Positions 59,724-64,000 of a stretch of 64,000 nucleotides of DNA are shown here, one piece after another (the first letter of the stretch is position 1; each line of letters starts with the position of its first letter). Both the position numbers and the translations under genes were made by a program. Origin of the DNA: Eledone cirrhosa (taxonomy: Eukaryota); NCBI GenBank assembly GCA_964016885.1, contig OZ024741.1:42408001-42472000 (forward strand). Direction: 5' to 3'. The notes under the pieces are model-generated. The model saw only the letters and a list, made by a program, of their open reading frames with translations, was not told the origin of the DNA and searched no databases.

Positions 59724-61309
59724 GATATGTATGTGTATCAAGGTAATGTAATCTAAGAAGGCAGAATCGTAAGAGTGTCGGATAAAATACTTTGTGGCAA
59801 TTGTTTTGTTTCATTACACTATCAGTCCCAAATCCACCATTACTAACATAACGTTTCATTCTTCCAGAGTTCAATAAAATAAAATACGTTAAGTGCTGGG
59901 GGTCGATTTAACCCTTTAGCATTTACATTACTCTATATTTACTATTGTATTTTCATGATAAAGGCTTTATCTTACATCATTATCTAACATAATACCGAAT
60001 CTATGAAATTTTGATATTATTTACTTTGAGAAAAATACCTTAACATCAGTAGAAGTGGCTGGTTTCAGCTGGTTTGAATAGAAAGAGGTCAGAGAATTCT
60101 GGCCGGATATGGTCGGTTTAAATGCGAAATCGTTATTACATTATGAAAAAAGATCGGTAGATTTTAATGGTCTGATAAACGAAGTTTTAATCTGGAGTTA
60201 AACAACAAATATGAATGTCAAATGTATGACGGCATGGCTCCCCATTCTGCTGGGTGAAATGTTATTTTATCATCAGATAGTTTTAAAAAATGGACTACTC
60301 TACTCCTCAATGGGGAGAAACTATTTCATGGTGATAAGGTTAAAGAGTTCGCTTTGCTACCACATGATCCCTGTTTTATCCCCACTGCGTGTATGATTGT
60401 GTCTCTGTGTATGTGTTAATGACTTATAACTTAGCGACTCTACAAAAGGAATCGATAAAATATGTAGAAAATATGTAAAAAGAACATACTGGTCGATTAA
60501 ACATCCTTGACGGAGGTACCCCTGATTAGTTGTACTCCAATGTTTGAGACCGGCAAAATAGCAAAAGAATAATAGTTATAAATCTAATGTACATTTTCAT
60601 ATTTATCTGAGAGATGTCACATATACTTGAAATTTATTTTGCTTTAGTTTGTTTTACTATTAAAAAAAAAAGGAACCGATAGACAAGTACCCAGGCCTCC
60701 TTTGCTTACCGAGTTCGATGAAACACGTCAGATCGCACCACAGAAAATATGTTTTCATTAGTCTTCCTGTTGCTGATACTATATACCGGTTGCTACTGTT
60801 GACAGAAGGAGTGGAATAAAATATCTTGCTTAAGAACATAACGCATCGCCCGGTCCAGGAACCGAACTCGCAACCTCACTAATTTGAATCCAGCGCCCTA
60901 ACCAGTAAGCCACACACCTTTACCGTTTCTGAGTAGATGTTTTTTTTTATTTAACCTACTTTAGGGAAAGTGTAGAGAAATAGAGAAAAAGTTAAAGGAT
61001 TATAGAGGAAATTTGTAGAAAATAACATATTCGATGCCGTGGGGTTACGGACCATAGATTCTCATGGTTTTACAGTCAGCGGCGATTCTTTGAGATATCT
61101 GTTAGTTAGCTATTTGTCATTAGGGTTGGGTCACTGTTTGTGTGCATTCTGCCCCAACGACTGCAACAACAATAAGATCAACAACAACAATATGATCAAC
61201 AAAAACAACAATAATAACAGCCGTATCAGTATCATCATCGATGCTGTTGATAACGAGGGTATGGTGCAAGTTAAACTCACTTAAATAACCTATATATATA
61301 TATAGTAAC

Positions 61310-61445
61310 AGCACTTGACTTAGTGGGTAACGTGTCCGGCTCACGATCATAAGGTTATGAGTTCGATTACTAGAATGCGTTGTGGCATTGAGCAAGTAAC
61401 CTTATTTCACGCTGCTCCAGTTCACTCAGCTAACAAAAATGAGTT
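61310..61445 (+). mobile_element. S2 tRNA-derived SINE, diverged
   Basis: Homologous to 9114-9262. Confidence 0.65.
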
Positions 61446-61489
61446 GAACCTCTAATTAAAAAAAGCATCAACAACATCCTTATCTGAAT

Positions 61490-61565
61490 AGCACACGCAA
61501 ACATTCACGCATTCAAACACACAAGCATTCACACACACACACACAAACATTCACACACACACGCG

Positions 61566-61638
<73 letters not shown>

Positions 61639-61897
61639 TTATCTAATAAACAACATAAGGTAATTATTTGATTTACCAGTGGTTTCTTGCAAACAGACAA
61701 AATTTGCTTTCAATCATCAGAATGAAAAAATCCCGGTGTATTTATTGACATTGGATTTTAAAAACAAAAATATAATCTATATGAAAGTGAGGCTGGAAAA
61801 GGAAGTAGGAAAGGAAAATAAACACACATGCACACACACACACACACACACACATTCACATATACATACACACACATATATACATACACATATATGT

Positions 61898-61958
<61 letters not shown>

Positions 61959-62087
61959 CACATATACATACACATATACATACACGTACAAATACACATA
62001 CATATACATATACATACATAATCACATATATATCCATATATCCATACATACACATACGCACAAATACACAAGCACACACACACACAC

Positions 62088-62138
<51 letters not shown>

Positions 62139-62515
62139 AATATATATATACACACATAATCATACATATATACACACGTACATACACACACATACATGCA
62201 CACATATATACACGCATACATACGCACACACAAACATAGATATATGTACACACACAATTAATTATAAGAAAAAATATAATAATAAAAATAAAAAACAATA
62301 GACGTCCAGATAGGCCGTCACATAAGAATAAAAATAAATGTAAAAATTATTATAAAGTTGACAGCGATACAGGAAACAAATAAAAGAACAAACACACGTG
62401 GTAAGCAGTACACACAATTACACATACACATACGTACATATAAATAAATACATACACACACACACATACACATAATATACATATACATATACACATACAC
62501 ATACATACACATATA
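61490..62515. repeat. (CA)n/(TA)n compound microsatellite blocks
   Basis: Direct reading. Confidence 0.9.
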
Positions 62516-64000
62516 CATCTAGATAGAGTATTTTGTAGGGAAATAGATAGGTCTAGCATAGGCTGTCCTCAATTCAAGATAGTCAGCTACACGGACCACA
62601 AATTTGTGATCTGTGTGCTTGACTTAGATAGGCTTCATAGACGAGGACACGGCTACTGGAAGCTAAACGCGTCCTTACCAGCGCGCAAGGCCTACAGAGA
62701 CCGGATTAGCGAACTAGTTAAGCGGACGTTGACGGGGACCATCGTCAACAAGTGGTGGTTTGCTCTGAAAAGAGCGATTAGAATAGAGTCCATTAGATTT
62801 AGTAAGGCTATAGCAATACAGAAAAAGCCACGATCCGGTCTTTGGTGGACCACGACGGGCGCATGCTACACGATCCTAGGCAAATGTGTAAAGCTTTTCA
62901 GCGACACTTCGCACAGCTGGGCCGGATCGAGGGATGGACTTTAGTGTCTACCTCGACGGACTGCCGCGGATTTCGGCCACTGAGGCGGAGTGTTGCGAAA
63001 AGCCGATAACAACCGCTGAAGTACGGGATGCAATGAGTAGTTGCACAAGGGGTAAATCGCCTGGTTTGGATGGTCTGCCCTATGAACTTTACGTACAAAT
63101 GCCAAACTTGTTCGGAGGCCTCTTGGCGGACGTCTACTGCAACTGGCAACAGAACGGGAGAATTCCCAGCTCTGGGAGCCGAGGAGCGGTGGCGCTGCTG
63201 AGAAAGGATCCGAACAAGGGGGATAACATAGATAATTTTAGGCCCATAACTCTGCTAAACACAGAGTTCAAGATTTTGGCCAAGGTACTAGCAAAGAGGT
63301 TGGCGCTTGTCGTTGGTGGTCTGGTGGGAGAGGCACAGACATGCGCAATTCCCGACAGATCCATCCACGACAACCTCCACCTCATGCGATACATCGTAGA
63401 GAGGGTAGCTAGGGAACCTGGCACGGGTGGGTCTTTGATCAATTTAGATCAGTCGAAAGCCTTCGATAGGTTCGACCATCGTTACCTAGCGGAAGTCCTG
63501 AGGGCGGCTGGCTTTGGGCCCGTCTTCAAAGGCTGGATCGCTGCTATGCACAGCAACATCTGCTCTGTAGTGAGAGTGAACGGTCACCTTTCGGAACCGT
63601 TCAACATCATGCGCTCGGTCCGCCAAGGATGTCCCCTCTCGTCCCTATTGTACGTATTGACTCTCGAGCCATTACTGCACAAACTGGAGACGTTGAGGGG
63701 GATCCCGCGCGAACTAGGATGCGGAAGATCCGTGTCAGCATATGCCGACGATGTCACTGTAGTGGTGTCGAACGCCAAACACATCGAGGCGATCGGCACT
63801 ACACTAGAGAATACGAAGCGATGACAGGAGCATTGATCAACCAGAAAAAGTCAGTGGGCCTGCAGCTCGGCACCTGGAGAGGCAGGTCCATGCCGTCCAA
63901 CAGCGTCGTCGGGCTCTGGACGGACGGACGGGTAAATTGCTAGTGGTCTGGTTCGGTCCAGACCTCCAGACGGACAAAAACTGGGACGAGGTGACGAGCA
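62515..64000 (+). mobile_element. 5'-truncated Tx1/L1-clade LINE, continuing past the window end
   Basis: APE endonuclease end (LDRVF...YTDH), WKLN linker, then RT; abrupt GC increase at the junction with a CA/TA microsatellite. Confidence 0.92.
62934..63824 (+). pseudogene. LINE ORF2 reverse transcriptase (frameshifted on both sides)
   Basis: KSPGLDGLPYE, NFRPITLLNTEFKILAK, LDQSKAFDRFDH, VRQGCPLS, AYADDV; continues in another frame (YEAMTGALINQKKSVGL). Confidence 0.93.

Noticed and set aside
61705-61725. Minus-strand CTGATGA-TT-GAAA
   Set aside because: No stems; likely chance
63134-63799. Antisense ORFs over the LINE RT (and those over the mariner at 42923-43615)
   Set aside because: Shadow frames of GC-rich coding sequence

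Overview
AT-rich, microsatellite-saturated eukaryotic (metazoan) DNA. The (TA)n/(CA)n load and SINE repertoire resemble an Octopus/coleoid cephalopod genome; this is an inference, not proven. I found no credible host exon, and most ORFs in the track are microsatellite translations. The window is almost entirely repeats: about 30 copies of one tRNA-derived SINE, a full-length frameshifted DD34D mariner with unusually long (~100 bp) TIRs, a Tx1/L1-clade LINE at the right edge, R4/Dong and RTE remnants, and three non-autonomous Helitrons. The dominant pattern is a dense set of Penelope-like element (PLE) derivatives and retrozyme-like units. They sit in (TA)n tracts, carry minimal type I hammerhead ribozymes (about 11 near-canonical cores and about a dozen degenerate ones, from several unrelated families), and repeatedly form long inverted repeats with both 3' ends pointing outward. 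Two non-coding units (periods 472 and 401 nt) have the architecture of circRNA-producing non-LTR retrozymes. All alignments and folds were done by eye, so boundaries are approximate (about +/-10 nt unless stated).
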